Source: Squalus acanthias (taxonomy: Eukaryota). Taken from it: a stretch of 64,000 nucleotides of DNA. A program made the translations under genes and the position numbers. The stretch is from assembly GCA_030390025.1 (NCBI GenBank), contig CM059433.1, positions 19,036,001 through 19,100,000 on the forward strand, read 5' to 3'. Of this stretch, positions 25,936 to 40,417 are shown one piece after another (position 1 is the stretch's first letter; each line of letters begins with the position of its first letter). The notes beneath the pieces were generated by a model. That model had not been told where the DNA came from and did no database searches. It saw only the letters and a list, made by a program, of their open reading frames with translations.

Positions 25936-28222
25936 CTCTCTCTGTCCTCTGAAAACACTGCCCTCGTGTCCTCCCTAATCCTCTCCCTCCTTATAAACTC
26001 TACTACCCACATTCATGGCCACCGCATCAACCTTGCCATCTCCCATGGCCTCTGTACTCCCATAGTCTCGATCATAGACAAGGCCACTCTGACCACTTCC
26101 TTGCGTAAATCACCACATAACTCTTTCCAACCCCACTTCTATCTGCATCCACCCCTGGAAAATATTCTTCCCCAAGTTATTTACAACTGTATTTTGAAAC
26201 TTCCAATTGTCTAGCCTTTGGCCCTCAATTTGCCATGCTACTTCTGCAGCTGTCAATTTTCTTAACCACTTCCTCACCTCCACCTTTGATGCCCTGGTTC
26301 CCAGTAAAACCTTAACTCGCTCCCATCCCAGTCATTCCCCCTTGCATCTTTGCATTGAGGTCCAAGGCGTGCAGTCTTAACATACATGGCTCACAACTGG
26401 TTTAGCCATCCATGTCAGATCTGGCTGGACAACATCAAGTGCTATCGAGCCTTACTCTACTCTGCCAAATCCACTCACTACTCCAGAATCATCCAAGACT
26501 GCAAAGATAACCCTTCCTTTAGCTTCTTTTCTCCACTACCAACTGTCTCCTCCGCCCCATCCACAGTCACTTCCATAGCTCATGGGTTTCTTGGTTACCA
26601 AGATTGAGACGATCCAGTCAGCTGCTTTCCCCCATTCACCAAGCCAAACCTCCCCCACTCTAGAACGGAACCCACATCTTTCTCTAGTTTCCCTCCCATC
26701 ATCCCCTCAAGCCCTCTGAGCTCATCTTGTCCATGAGACCTACCGCCTTGCTCACTTGACCCCATTCCCACTAAACTGACCATCCAACTACCCTTTCTGG
26801 CCCCCATGCTAGCTAACGTTGTAAAATGTTCTCCTCTTCTCAGGTAATGTCCCCCTCATTTCAAAACCACTGTCATCATCCCTCCTCAAAAATAAACACC
26901 CTCAACCCCTCTGGCTTTGCAAACTAACACACCCATCATCTCCAACCTCCCTTTCCTCTCCAAATTCCTTGAACATGTTATCATCGTGCCCTCAAACTCC
27001 ATGTTTGAAGCTCTCCAATCAGGTTTCTGCTCCTGCCAAAGCACCGAAATGGCCCTAACCAAAGACACAAATGAAACCTCTGGAACTGTGACTTCTGTAT
27101 CATCCCTCGACCTCTCTTTGACACCGTCAACCACAACATCCTCCTCCAACATCTCTCCTTTGTTGTCCAGCTCAGTGACACTGCCCTCATTTAGTTCCAA
27201 TTTTAACTATCAAATCCTAGCCAGAGCATCTCCAGCAATAGCTTCTCTTCCCACCCCAGAAATGTTACCCCCTGGTGTCCCCAAGGATCTATCCCTGGCT
27301 CCTTCCTCATCTATATGCTGCCTCTTGGCAACGTCATCCACAGATAGGGGTCAGCTTCCACACATACGATGACAACACCCAGCTCTACATCTCCACTGCT
27401 TGTCTGAAATCCAGTCCTGGACGAGTCGCAATTTCCTCCAGTTAAAAATTGGGAAGACCAAAGCCATCACCTTCGGCCTTTGCCACAAATTCCGTACCTT
27501 CACCACCAATTCCATTGCTTTTCTTGACCACTGTCTCAAACTGAATCAGACCGTTTGCAACCTCAGCATGCTATCCGACTTCAAGCTGAGCATCCAACCC
27601 CATATCCTCTCCATCAAAATGATCACCTACTTTCACTTTAATATCACCTGCCTCTGCTGCTACCTCAGCCCATTTGGTGTTGAAACCCTCTTTCATGCCT
27701 TCAGTAACTCCATGCTCAACTGTTCCAATGCTCTTCTGGCCAGCTTCCCATTATACACCCTCCGCAAACTTCAACTCATCCAAAACTCTTTCCCAAGTTC
27801 CACTCACCTGTCACCCCTGTCCTCGCTGACCTTCATTGGCTCCCTATCCTCCAGTCCCTCAAATTTAAATTTCTCATTTTATGTTTAAAACCCTTCATGG
27901 TCTCGCCTCTCCCTAACCGCCAACATCCTCCAGCCCTAGTACAGTCCCCTATCGAGCTTTCCATTCCGCCAACTCTGGCCCTATTCTGCATTCCCCTTCC
28001 CTTTGCCTCACCACCTGCAGCCGTGTCTTGGCCACCTCAGCCCCAAGCTCTGAAATTCTTCCCCTAAACACCTCTGCCTGTCTACCGTCCTCGCCTCCTA
28101 TTTGACCACCCACCCCTGATTACCCCTCCTAATATCTCCCTCTGACTTGGCATCTGGGAATGCCTTGGGATGCTTTTTCTCTGTTAAAGATGCTATATAA
28201 ATACTAGTTATTGTTGTTGTAA
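25936..28222 (+). mobile_element. Degenerate L2 LINE
   Basis: PIISNLPFLSKFLEHV, QSGF..STE.AL.K, FLQLKIGKT; ttgttgttg tail. Confidence 0.85.
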
Positions 28223-29563
28223 TTGTCCTTATTGGTTTCATAAATATGTAAATGGTACCTTTCCACAATAGCAACTCATTACAGACGCACAAGGACTATT
28301 ATAGTGTTTTAAAGTTTGCCTTAAATTGAGGTTTGAATTCTTGTGCCAAGCATTAGTGGGCCTTTAGTTCCATATAGCTGAAGGAGATATATGGTTATGA
28401 CACGGCTTTCAATAACAGCTTATAGCAACAGCTTGCAACGAGGTGACTATGGATTATATTAAGGGGCTATCCAACCCTAAAGTATTCTAGCTACTGGGTA
28501 AGTTAAGTTCAATTTCTCATTTAGCTTTTAGTTCAAGGTTTTTAAACTTTAACATCAAAACAATTACAGAATGTAATGCAGATGGGAAGACACACAATAT
28601 GAAATAATTATCAGCCAAGAAATTTTGGGGGAAACTTGACAGCAGTCTAACAAAAATGAAGCCTTTTGTCTCGAGATTTAAAAAAAATATATTCTTGCTA
28701 GTCACAGCACAATACAGGATTAAATTGAGATTTGAGTTCTTGTGCCTAGCAGTAGAGGGCTTTTAGCTCACTACATTTACCTAGATACTAGGCAGGTATT
28801 GGAATACTCCTGGGTCATTAACAATGTAATCTCTGCTTACAAGAGTAGTCAGTGATACTGAATCAAAAGAAATATCTAGCATTATATTAAAAAAAATTAG
28901 CGAACAGTAATTAACCCAAAGTACAGCACGACCATCACAAGTGTTGATCATCATCTCTGGGATGGCAGGGGTCCACAATGGATAGACAGGGCTCTAATTT
29001 GCACTGAATTTTGTTGAAATATTCAAAAGGAGCACTCACATGCTGTTAAAAAAGTTGCAGCCTGTCATAGGGATGCAAAGTTAACTGAACTTACAGTGGG
29101 GTGCCCCAAGAACCCCTTTCCCTGTGAATTATTACATACTTTTTCACCAGCGCCAGCACCAATTTTTATCATCCGAGTTTAGGGTTTATTACTGAGTTTT
29201 AACCACTGTATTTTCACTGCTCTATTATGGTAAGAACGGGGCTTATGCCAGGATTTCAGGCACACATAAGTACCTTGTTCTACTTAACAAGAAGCAATAC
29301 TGATGGATTTTTAACCTCTAAAAGACACTTAGCATAATTACAGTAACACACTACAGTTTAAAACTAGGCACACAACAATTAAAGGCAGGGGGCAATAAAC
29401 TAAGATCATCTTAAAGTGGTAAATTACTATTTTGAATTCTTTAAACAGTATTCCTCAACTCAACAATATCTAGAACAGAAAACAATTGAAGATTCAGAAC
29501 CCCAAAAAATATATTTGAATAAACTTTCAATCGACAAGAGAATATGAAGAAAAGGTCACACAC

Positions 29564-29633
29564 CTGTGCACTGATGGTTCGACAAGTAAATCATGTTTTC
29601 CTTTTTGTCTGGCAGGTCTCCATATATAACAAT
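29564..29633 (-). CDS. AGPAT5: AGPAT5 exon 2
   Basis: ttgcag|IVIYGDLPDKKENMIYLSNHQCT+G|gtgtgt; 70 bp; start of the acyltransferase NHxxxxD motif. Confidence 0.96.
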
Positions 29634-32600
29634 CTGCAAAAAGATCAGTGTTGAAAGTATTAACTTTTATGGGGGGTGGGGGGTGAGGAAAAGCAGTTGA
29701 AGATTTCTCTATATATTCTAACAGCTCTACCGTGGCATTTAAAAACAAATGAAAAGGAAATGTTAAGGTGAACAATTATTAACTACAAGGTAAATCTGCC
29801 ATTTGTTTGGAATTACTGTTTTGCATTTTAAAGTAATGATAATTTGAAATACCATGACAAATTCCATCTGTTCCTTATTATAGATAGGCAAATAGTCCTT
29901 ATCAATATTCTGGACATTGCACAGCGTTGATCAGGTTGTGCCCACCCAGGTTGTTAAGTCTGGCATTTTATGATACATAGGGTCTATATGGACGGCAGAC
30001 TGTGTCAAAAAAATGAGCATGACACAAGCCAGAATTATTACTCATCAAAGCCTTACAACAAAATTCCACACAACGTGCACCTCACTAAATTCTTAGTGAA
30101 CTTGCTTTCACAAACTACAGCTAAACAAATTGCTCTTCAATGCATGCTCAAGATTGTGTCGTACAACTGGAATAAAGACAAACCCTTATTTAGTGTCAAT
30201 ATTGTTGCAGATTTCTTATCTTTTAAAAGATCTTATCTGTCTTCATGAAAAAGTCTAGCAAGCATTTTTCTATGCTTAAAAAGACAGTTCCGTTATTTCA
30301 ATCACAATGAAACACACTGTGCCACTTGATGGTGACACAAAAATGGTGAACAATTCCTCTGAAGATTCTACCTCTCCGTTTTCATGAAGATGTTATCCCT
30401 CTAATTCAGGAACAAGCTCTCTTATATTTGAAATCCCTTGCACACAAAAAGCAGAGCCCCTCTAACAGTGTCATTTCTGCATTTTTTCCACTAAAGGACA
30501 CTGGACCAACAGGACCAGTGCAAATCTGAGAAATAAGAAGCCTCACATTCTATATGCCTTTGTTTTGTGCTTGTGGAAAGGGTTGAGTTACTCAGCTGCT
30601 GAATGCACAGAGAGCGCGCCCCTGCCATTGCAGAGCATACACCACATCCGTGGCAGTGACCATCCTGCACTTGGCCTGCTCAGTGCAGGTGATCGCATCC
30701 CTGATCACATTTCCAGGAGAACCTCCAGTACCCTGCGGGTCTCCTTGTAGATCAGACTCATTTACCTTTACATCCTCCTTTTATTTAGGGACAAAGAATA
30801 AATACCGGCCTTGCCAGTAACGCCCATATCCAGAGAATGGATTTTTTTAAATCCTTTTATTCACAAGCACACTTTAGAGGAAAATAGGTTTCTAGCAATG
30901 TTCTTCTTCTCCACCCCCCCATCCAAAGAAAAGTTAAATGCAGCTTTGAGCAGATTTTAAAAGAACTCACCCCAAAAATGCCCCACAATCTGGCATCACC
31001 AGTGTTACATCTCTTGGAATTTAAACAGATTTTCAAAACTGATCAGCCAATTGTCAGTGCTGGAATTGTAGAGAGGCAAATCCCATTACTTACAGTTTTG
31101 GCTCTGTTACAAGTTCAATATTTTAGCTCTTAAACCTGTGCGGTGGTGAGAGTTTCAGTTTAATGACACACTAGAAGTTTTGACCCTGCAATGTTTCTAC
31201 AAGATTTGGAGTATGGTTGAAGGTCTGACTGGAGTACTTAGAAAAACACAGTCTCTTTCCACGTGCACAAACTAAACAAATTGATATGGAGGAGGAATGA
31301 GTATTATGATCGGAGTAATTTTTTTTTAAACTTACAGTAATTTATAGATTTAGTTGAAGCAGAAATTTTGCAATTCATAGAATCATTAAGAAAAAGAACA
31401 TGGCATTTATATCGCGCCAATCACGGCCTCAGGACGTCCCAAAGGGCTTTTCAGCCAATTAAATCATAGGCTCTTACAGCACAGAATGGCGCCATGCCGC
31501 CTGTGCTAGCTCTTTGAAATAGCTACCCAATTAGTTCAACGATATATCAAATTCCCTTTTGAAAGTTATTATTGAATCTGCTTCCATCACCCTTTCAGGC
31601 AGTGCATTCTAATTCAACTGGGTTTTAATTAAGCTCTCTGGATTAAACATGATAATTACTCTACAAAAGATGAATTCCAAAATTAGGGTTAAATCCGATA
31701 GAGCACGGCCTCATCACAGTCGACACGCTGCTAACACAAACAGCATCTTCTCTCTGTACTGACAGGTATAAAAATAGAGCGCCCCTTCAGTCACAGGGAC
31801 AAGCGAACTAAGTTTCATGGAGGAGGCAGTTCTATGCATACAGCTAATGCTGCACAACAACTTTTCTCATCATTATTCTTGGAGAGCCATAAGCATTTAT
31901 TTATTTAAAAAGGAGTCGCCACCTTTTTTGCCTACATGGGCCAGTTAGGTGTGTAGCAACAAGTTCCACAGGCCACATAAAACTTTTAATTGACTGTTAC
32001 CACTAAGTTGCATCTCAAGCTGCCGATACCAACAGACTTGTGTTCAGATTTAGGATTTATCCACCGATTAGGAAGCAGTGGTGAGAATCTCTAGGCCTAT
32101 GGAAGTCAAAGAGGTAAAAGCAGCAGACTAAGAAATTTAAGTGGAGGCGGAAATTTTGAAGCTGAAAAACTGAGACTCTGCAGGCTGCAGATGGCTCATG
32201 GGCTATATATAGTATGGACATGCCAGACTTCAAGTAATGCATAGGTTCCTTCCAAAATTGTCTTGATCATTAAACCCAAAATTTTCTAACCAAAATAAAC
32301 ATATTTCCTCATGGTGGATTAGATCTGATTTTTTGATCTGAATTCAGGAAAACATAATAGCCAAAACGAAAAGGCCCAATTTAATCATTAAACCGGATGA
32401 CAATTGGGAGTCATGTGATAACCATAATTGGTCTAACTCAAGTAGCGGATATCAACTTGGACCACGCAGATAATGAGTGAAGTAAAGCCCCGCCGGCTAC
32501 ATAGCTCTGATCCGTATGAGTTGGGTTCATCCTGTGGATCCCCATAGAACAAGGTTGCATTCTTACCTGTGCTGTTGGAGGGGCACACTGAGCAGAAGCA

Positions 32601-33139
32601 AGTTGCTTCCACTATAAGGAGGGGAATAGAGGAAAATGAACAGGTAAGTGGATCACCATGGACTTGCAGCTCGAAACCGCCAAAACACAGACATCAGCAA
32701 ATGTTTAGATGCAAGCAGTCCTCAGCGAAAAATCAGAGGCAATAAAGCATAGTACAGTACATCACGTGGGCAGGGCAAAATTATTTTCTTTTAAATGCAA
32801 GAGGAGGGTGGGTGAGTGGTGGACAAAGAGTGAATCCAGAATACTCATGCACCAACCACCTTACTATTTTGGCTAATAGTAAGTTTAAATTTAGTTCAAT
32901 CAATAAGGTTTTGGCATCCTGGAGGAAAACAGTAATTTTTCTGCTCATTTACATCCTCAGGAACTTTGTGAAGAGTATGTGCTGCACGAGAAGGGAAATT
33001 GTCTCCATTCATCTTTTGATAATTATAAATACAATTTCCGTGCACAAACAGGATGTTACATTAGACTGTTTGTAGAAACACAAACATAACATGCAAACTG
33101 AACTATATTGTAAATATGTGCTCACGTTCCCTAATCAGA

Positions 33140-33900
33140 GAAATTTATGGCACAGGAGGCCGCCATTCGGCCCATCATGTCTGCGCCGGTCGAAAAAGAG
33201 CTCTCCAGCCTAATCCCAGTTTCTAGTTCTTGGTCCGTAGCCTTGCAGTTTATGACACTTCAATTGCATATTCCATGTACTTTTTAAATGTGATGAGGGT
33301 TTCTGCCTCTACCACCCTTTCAGGCAGTGAGTTCCAGACCCCCACCATCCTCTGGGTGAAAAAAGTTCTCAAATCCCCTCTAATCCTTCTACCAATTACT
33401 TTAAATCTATGCCCCCTGGTTATTGACCTCTCTGCTAAGGGAAATAGGCCCCACATAATTTTATGCACCTCAATTAAGTCTCCCTGCAGACTTCTCTGTT
33501 CCAAAGAAAACAACCCCAGCCTATCCAATCTTTCCTCCGTTAAAATTCTCCAGTCCTGACAACATCCTCGGAAATCTTCTCTGTAGCCTCTCTCGTGCAA
33601 TCACATCTTTCCTGTAATGTGGTGACCAGAACTGTACGCAGTACTGTTGCTGTGGCCTAACTAGTGTCTTATACAGTTCTAGCATAACCACCCTGCTCTT
33701 ATATTCTATGCCATGGCTGCTAAAGGGAAGTATCCTGTATGCCTTCTTAACCACCTTATCTACCTGTCCTGCTACCTTCAGGGATCTGTGGACATGCACT
33801 TCATGGTCCCTCTGTTCCTCTACATTTCTCAGTATCCTACTATTTATTGTGTATTCCCTTGCCTTGTTAGCCCTCACCAAGTGCATTACCTCACTCTTCA
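33140..33900 (-). mobile_element. CR1 3' fragment
   Basis: LYKTLVRPQQQYCVQFWSPHY, LDRLGLFSLEQR. Confidence 0.9.
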
Positions 33901-34039
33901 CACTTCTATCAACCACACGGTTGATCTTGATCTAAAATAGCATGGTGGCAAATTTCATGCATGCAACTAGCCAGTTGCACAAACAGAATCATGAATTTCA
34001 AATATTAACTCAATGCACTGCTAATTTTAATGATATATT

Positions 34040-34700
34040 GGCCGGGATTTTACGGGGCCGATAACGGCATCGTAAGCCTGGTCAAAAGCCCCGCAAGTTC
34101 TGGGTTTCCGCATGCGTTGCAACCAGGAACTTGCGATCGGTCAAGGTTCGCCATGACAGATCCTCCAAACCGAAAGAAAAATCGCTCACTGGTGCAGAGT
34201 TGGGCTATTTGCTCAGATACTGCCCAGCAAATGCCCACAAAATCCTTATGCTTAGTAAAAGCAGGCATAGGGCCTGTTTTCACCAGCGTAAGGGTTAATA
34301 TAAATGTTAAATAAATAAAAAATCATCCACAAACATTCAAAATTAGTTTATGTAAATTTTGGCCCGGATTAAAATATTTAAAAAAAATTTTTTTCGAATT
34401 AAATTTTTATTGTAAATGCTTCATTAAAAGGGACTTGTAATTTAATGTGAAAATGGGAACATTTATTTTTATTCGAATTGTGTAAATTCTGTAATTATTT
34501 GGGGATTCTATTGCTTGTTAGGGGATTCCATTTGGGAATGACAGCAATGGAATCCTCCTTTCTGATAGGAGGACCTGGCCCCCATGATCCCAGGAACGCT
34601 TCCGAACCGCCTGCGTCTGTGGGACTTTTCATGGGCATACACCTGCAGGCCCAGGACCCGAAGTATCTGAAGCCCGGGAGCCAGCAGTAGGTTCGTATTT
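34040..34700. mobile_element. Harbinger-like element (H2), truncated
   Basis: Starts ggccgggatttt; homologous to 7066-7683 including the AT-rich centre. Confidence 0.62.
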
Positions 34701-37357
34701 TTTTTTTCTTCTGTCCTTTTTATAACCATCATCTCACTGATGATATTTTATATCATATAACAGTTTTCTAATAAGCAATTTGCAGGTCATTTTTCAGATA
34801 AGCTTCCCTTCTGTTTCATATATTTGTTGATTCCATTCTTTTTTTCCCCCTCAAGTTTCCAATCTTAGACAAAGCTTATTTGGGTTAAGAAAAGTAATAC
34901 ATGTATTGTCTTTTCTGTAATGCATATATGTAAATGCAGAAAATGCATCTACAGGAAACCGTTGGCATGCGATGTCCTTATTTGTTGAGTATATAAAATT
35001 TGTGTGTCTTTAATCCAAGTTCCTTTTGGGCTCAACTTTGGTGAATTTTAATTCTGATTCGCTCTGAATTGATTAGATTGGTTATGCTAAACATTTTTTG
35101 GGCTTGGCCTCTGGACATTCTCATGGCTTCCTCTGCACTCTGGTAAATTCAGACATTCAAGCGATGCAAATGCTAGATGCACAAGATTTCTTTTCTGGGG
35201 GTTTGGGGACACTCCCCACAAAAAAATTTTTATGTTGACACAACTAGGTGCATGCTCCAGGATCAGAGAGTTAACTTTTTATAGATATGTAAATATGTCA
35301 TGTTGCGGTCTGCTACGATAACATGCTACTGTACGTTGTTGTCTCCTCGTTTCTCTCGTACTTTCTTCCCTGCTATTTGTCACCTCATCTTTGGGAGTTC
35401 TCTTCGGCCAGCATATAACGGTGCTCTACCAAAAAGAATAAATGTTGGTGGTAAGAAGAGCTTGAGCTGGAATGCATCAGCTTTACACCAGTAAAACGCT
35501 GAGATAGATACAGAGCAGCGCTTTAAGCAGAAATTTACACTGTAACTGACAATGGCAGTGCCTCAGTCTAACGCCAGCTCCAACAGAAAGAGAAATACGA
35601 CTGACACATGGTTTGGAGGATCATTTGCGAGACGTCTCAGTGGATTATCATTAAAGCTTAGTCATGATTGTAGTGCTGCCAATCTTGATTATGTGAACGG
35701 TTGCTTATAGCTCCTCTTGGTACTCATCATAACAATGCAACACTTAATTCATTCAGATTTTCTTCTTTTGCTGCACTGCTCCCCATCAGTGAAGTGCACC
35801 CCACCATTTTAAAAAAAAATCACTCGATTTGACCTACTGTCAATTTAAACTACCTGTTTAGATCCACATTATTAAGCTCTTAAGAAACAAAACTATATCC
35901 AAAATAGCATTCTGCAATTAAAATCTGTAAGATCTGGCAAAACATTTTCCCAACAGGGGCCAATGACTGCGAAGCAGACGTGTGTAATGAAATAATGGAA
36001 TCATAAGTCAATACACCCTGTCTGGACCAATAACTCTTCAATATTTTTACTTTGGCAAAGAGTCAGCAATGGTGAGAAACTCTTTAACTCAAGTGGTTAT
36101 TGATCCTTATTGAAATGTAATTTAGGCAGCTGTAGGAGAATAAATGGTTTTTTTTCTATTTTTCTCTGGACAAGCTGACAACAGGCAGTGAAGGAGACTT
36201 GGTCCAGACAAAAAAATAAAATGAAAAACAGAAAATGATGGCAATCTGTCAAGTTTTAATTTCTCTTTGCAGATGCTGATGGACCTATTGTTCATTTTAT
36301 TGTTATTATGCTTGGAAAAAGTTAATTGCGTATTGTGTGGTCCCACACTCTTTTAGGTCACCAATTCTTAATCTTGCAACAGTAATACTGCTGTCTGGAT
36401 GCACACCACCAGATAGAGAGAGTGTTACCTCTTCCAGACACCATAACTACCACACCATTCTGTCTGTGCTGTTACAGTATACGTCACTATGTCTGTGTAG
36501 ATAGTGGATGCGTGCGCTCAATCATACCAAACTTGACTAATATATATTACAATCCAATAATGCAGAACCAAAAAAAAAACCTTTGAATATCTTTCTGTTA
36601 TTGATAGCTTAGGCCCCAAGGTTCTGCTGCTCTTTCACTAGTCACTCAAATATCTACATCAAAATCTACAGCTTTTGACATGTCCACAGTAAATCACAAT
36701 TTCTACATTTCCAGAAATTGATGATAATGTTCGCTACACTTCAACATGATCTGAGTTCTAATGTTAACAGCTCCTGCTCCATTCTCGTACCTTAGGTCAT
36801 TTAAAGCAAATAATCTCCTTCCCAGCAGCTATTATTTTTCAGTTATTGCAATGAATTGACTCCAGTGAATACAAATAATTGAAACTCAAAAATAATGCTC
36901 TTTCAAATCCATTGTATTCACTCACTGTTGAATGATCATACATACCACCTTTTACATTTCATTTTCACCTTGAGGTTCCTACAAATTAATGAAATTTGAC
37001 AAAGAACATGTTATTCACTCAACAGTGACGGCATAAAATCTCAGTGTGACTGGAAGAAGGGGCTATATACTAGCCAGCAGCCTCCTGACGCATAACTGCA
37101 ACAAATTCCAATGTAAGAGAAGGATTAAATTTAATGCTGGCTGCTCAGCAAAAAGTTACTGTAGCAGAATCAGATTTTTCACTCAACAGCAAAACCACGA
37201 AGGTTTTTCATAGGAATCTCAAATCAATGTTTCTCTATCTTAATATCGTATTTGGTCTCCATTTTGTCATTCTTTGTTTTTCTCCTGGTGATAAAGAGCA
37301 CTTTTAAACAAATTAAACCTGGGAGCAAAAGCATACTACATTTACAACTGCAACTTT

Positions 37358-38080
37358 GGCCTAGAAATGCTAGAGCGGGGAATCTCGTGGCATGCCCCAC
37401 TAGTTAGACTTTCTCCTCTCACCCTTCAGCTCAAATAAAATTCCCTGCAAGTTGCTGGAAGTGCGAGCTGATAGCGGCGTGGCGAAGGCAACAGGGCATC
37501 TGCGACCTTGGTGAACGACAGGAATAACCGTGCCTCTCCTTAACCAATGAGATTTAAGGATTATGGGGAAAAAACAGGAACGACAGAGAAGGAAATAGGG
37601 TGAATTAGAGTCAAATCAGCTACATAAAGAGAAATAAAGATTGGGATTGAGAGAGAAATAAAGACAGAAAGGAAAAAATATTAAAACATTTAAAATCTCA
37701 AACTACAATTTACTACCTGTAGGAATAAGACTGCACAGTTTAAATTGTCCCCTTTCTGGGCTGGAGAGGTTGAATGGCATTGGAGGAACTTAAATCTTCT
37801 CATTAAAAAAAAAGGTACTTACGCTGTAAAATTGCAGCCAAACTTTGAGGCAAGTTTAATTGGCAATTAATGCGCAAACGCAACAATTTCATGAGATTCA
37901 CGGGGAGGTTGACAACGAGCTACTGTTTGTCAGGCCAACGGCGGAGTGATGGAAATCGTCCAGCAACTTGTGGTGATTCACGGGGTATCTCTTCCTCACC
38001 ACAACTTGCTGGACAATTTACACATTAATAACGGTGAGCACCATTAAACTCGCTGTTATTTTGGCAGCAAAACCTAGGCC
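37358..38080. mobile_element. Harbinger-like MITE (H1), opposite orientation to the 12406 copy
   Basis: TIR ggcctag...ctaggcc. Confidence 0.72.
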
Positions 38081-39258
38081 GTTATTGTTTTTTCTCTTCC
38101 TCCCCTCCTAGGATTGTGTAGAATTAATTAAATTTTGAGGAATTCAGAATGTACAGAAGGGAGTATGATGGATGTTTTACATATAGATTAAGAGGTAACG
38201 GTGCCACAAAAGAGAATTATAAAAACTAAAACAAATTACTTTTTTTTTAAATGTAGCCAGAAGGATAGGGAGATTTCATGGGGACAGAAAGTAAAGAGCA
38301 GAATAAAGGATGCTTTCAGATTAAGGAGATGTGGGCAATGGTGCGCTCAAAAATCTTTGCTGGGATCTCTTTTGGTTTCCATCGAATATTGATAGAAGAA
38401 TGGTATTGAAGTTTGCTGATGAACAGGGAGATCTAGGGATGCAGATACATAGACCTTTAAAAGGTGGGAGAGTGCAGGTAAACAAGTCATTTAAAAAGAC
38501 AAATGGATTCTGTGTTTAACATAGAGGAGCACTAAAATATAAAAGCAAGGAAATGATGTTGAATTCGTACATTGTTCAAGCCAAATTTGGAGTAGTGCGC
38601 GCAGTTCTGGGCATCCTATTATAGGAGTATTAGAGCAGAACATCCAGTACATTAGCCACATATGGTTAATTAGGAATCCAGATGTGGATGATGGAATTTC
38701 TGATTAGTAACTAAAAATGAGTAATAGACACTGTCCTTGGGCACGTGATCTCAATACGCATTTGCACAGTGTGGGCATGTGTACTTTTTGTGCAATTGTT
38801 GGTAAAATGAAAAGCAGAGTGTGCGAGTATTCTTTGGTCATTGTGAGTGCTTTACTTCCTTGGTTACTGAATGGTGGTAGCTGTTTGTTAAATAAATATA
38901 CACGTGAAGTACAATTACTTATATTGTGTGAGTGTATTGAGGTTTTTTCTCCTAATATTAGTACACGTGGCTAAAGTGGTGTTGCTGTAGCCACAGCTAT
39001 CGGAAAGGGTGCAGTGAAGATGCACTAGAATGCCAGGTATACGAGGTTGTAGTTTAAAAAAAAAATTCAAAACTTGAGGCTTCCTTCACTAAAAATGTAG
39101 AGGAGGATTTGATAGAGGTTTGAGATTATGAAAGGGTTTGAGAAAGTAAATACTAAAAGATTCTTCCCACTGGTTGGTGAGTTTGTAGCAAGAGGTATAG
39201 ACATAAGACTTAGGAGCAGGAGTAGGCCATACGGCCCCTCAAGCCTGTCCGTCATTCA

Positions 39259-40417
39259 CGCCCTCGTTAGAACGGGATATGACGCTCGACTCATCGATCG
39301 ACAGTTCCGACGGGCCACAGCGAAAAATCGCATAGACCTCCTCAGAAGGCGAACACGGGACACAACCAACAGGGTACCCTACGTCGTCCAGTACTTCCCC
39401 GGAGCGGAGAAACTACGCCATGTTCTTCGCAGCCTTCAACATGTCATCGATGACGACGAACACCTCACTAAGGCCATCCCCACGCCTCCACTACTCGCCT
39501 TCAAACAGCCGCCTAACCTCAAAAGTACCATCGTTCGCAGCAAATTACCCAGCTTTCAGGATAACAGCGACCACGACACCACACAACCCTGCCACGGCAA
39601 CCTCTGCAAGACATGCCAGATCATCAACACAGATACCATCATCACACGTGAGGACACTACCCACCAGGTACATGGTACATACTCATGTGACTCGGCCAAC
39701 GTTGTCTACCTCATACGTTGCAGGAAAGGATGCACCGGAGCATGGTACATCGGCGAGACCATGCAGACACTGAGACAACGTATGAACGGACACCGCGCAA
39801 CAATCGCCAGGCATGATTGTTACCTCCCAGTCGGGGAACACTTCAGCAGTCAAGGACATTCAGCCTCGGATCTGCGGGTAAGCGTTCTCCAAGGCGGCCT
39901 TCGAGACACAAGACAACGCAAAATCATCGAGCAGAAACTGATAGCCAAGTTCCGCACCAATGAGGACGGCCGCAACCAGGATCTTGGGTTCATGTCACGC
40001 TACATGACGTAGAGTCATCCAGACTCGAGTCGTCGTTGGCTTGTTCACAGATGTGATTTCCAGTAAAAAAAAAGTAAAAATTTTAAAGTTTATGGTTTTC
40101 CATACAGACTGCATTTGACACATTAGACCCCCTGTGACCCCACCTCATGTCTCAGTTGTATCTTGCTATGTCTTTGATGTGGTGCCTTCCTGGCTGACCT
40201 GATTGTTTCTCTGCCGAGGTGTGATGAAAGGCAGTCAGAAAGATCAAATGTAGTCGTCTGACATTGTACGCTACACAGGCATTGTTCTCTGTCTATATAT
40301 GCTTTGCCGATTCGTATTCCTTCACTTCACCTGACGAAGGGGCAGCAGCTCCGAAAGCTTGTGATTTCAAATAAAACTGTTGGACTATAACCTGGTGTTG
40401 TGCGACTTCTCACTTTT
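39259..40417 (+). mobile_element. Penelope-like retroelement (Neptune-like), 5'-truncated
   Basis: Open frame to 40012 with RT C-terminal region, Cys-rich linker (CHGNLCKTC..HGTYSC) and GIY-YIG (VVYLIRC..WYIGET..LRQRMNGH..EQKLI); 8-bp TSD gtcattca (39251-39258 / 40418-40425). Confidence 0.93.
40327..40364 (+). ncRNA. Minimal hammerhead ribozyme motif (family A)
   Basis: UCAC-CUGACGA-A-GGGGC-AGCA-GCUCC-GAAA-GC-UU-GUGA. Confidence 0.8.

Noticed and set aside
39128..39258. N-terminus of the 294-aa ORF as part of a real gene
   Set aside because: It derives from flanking CR1 remnants upstream of the PLE TSD.
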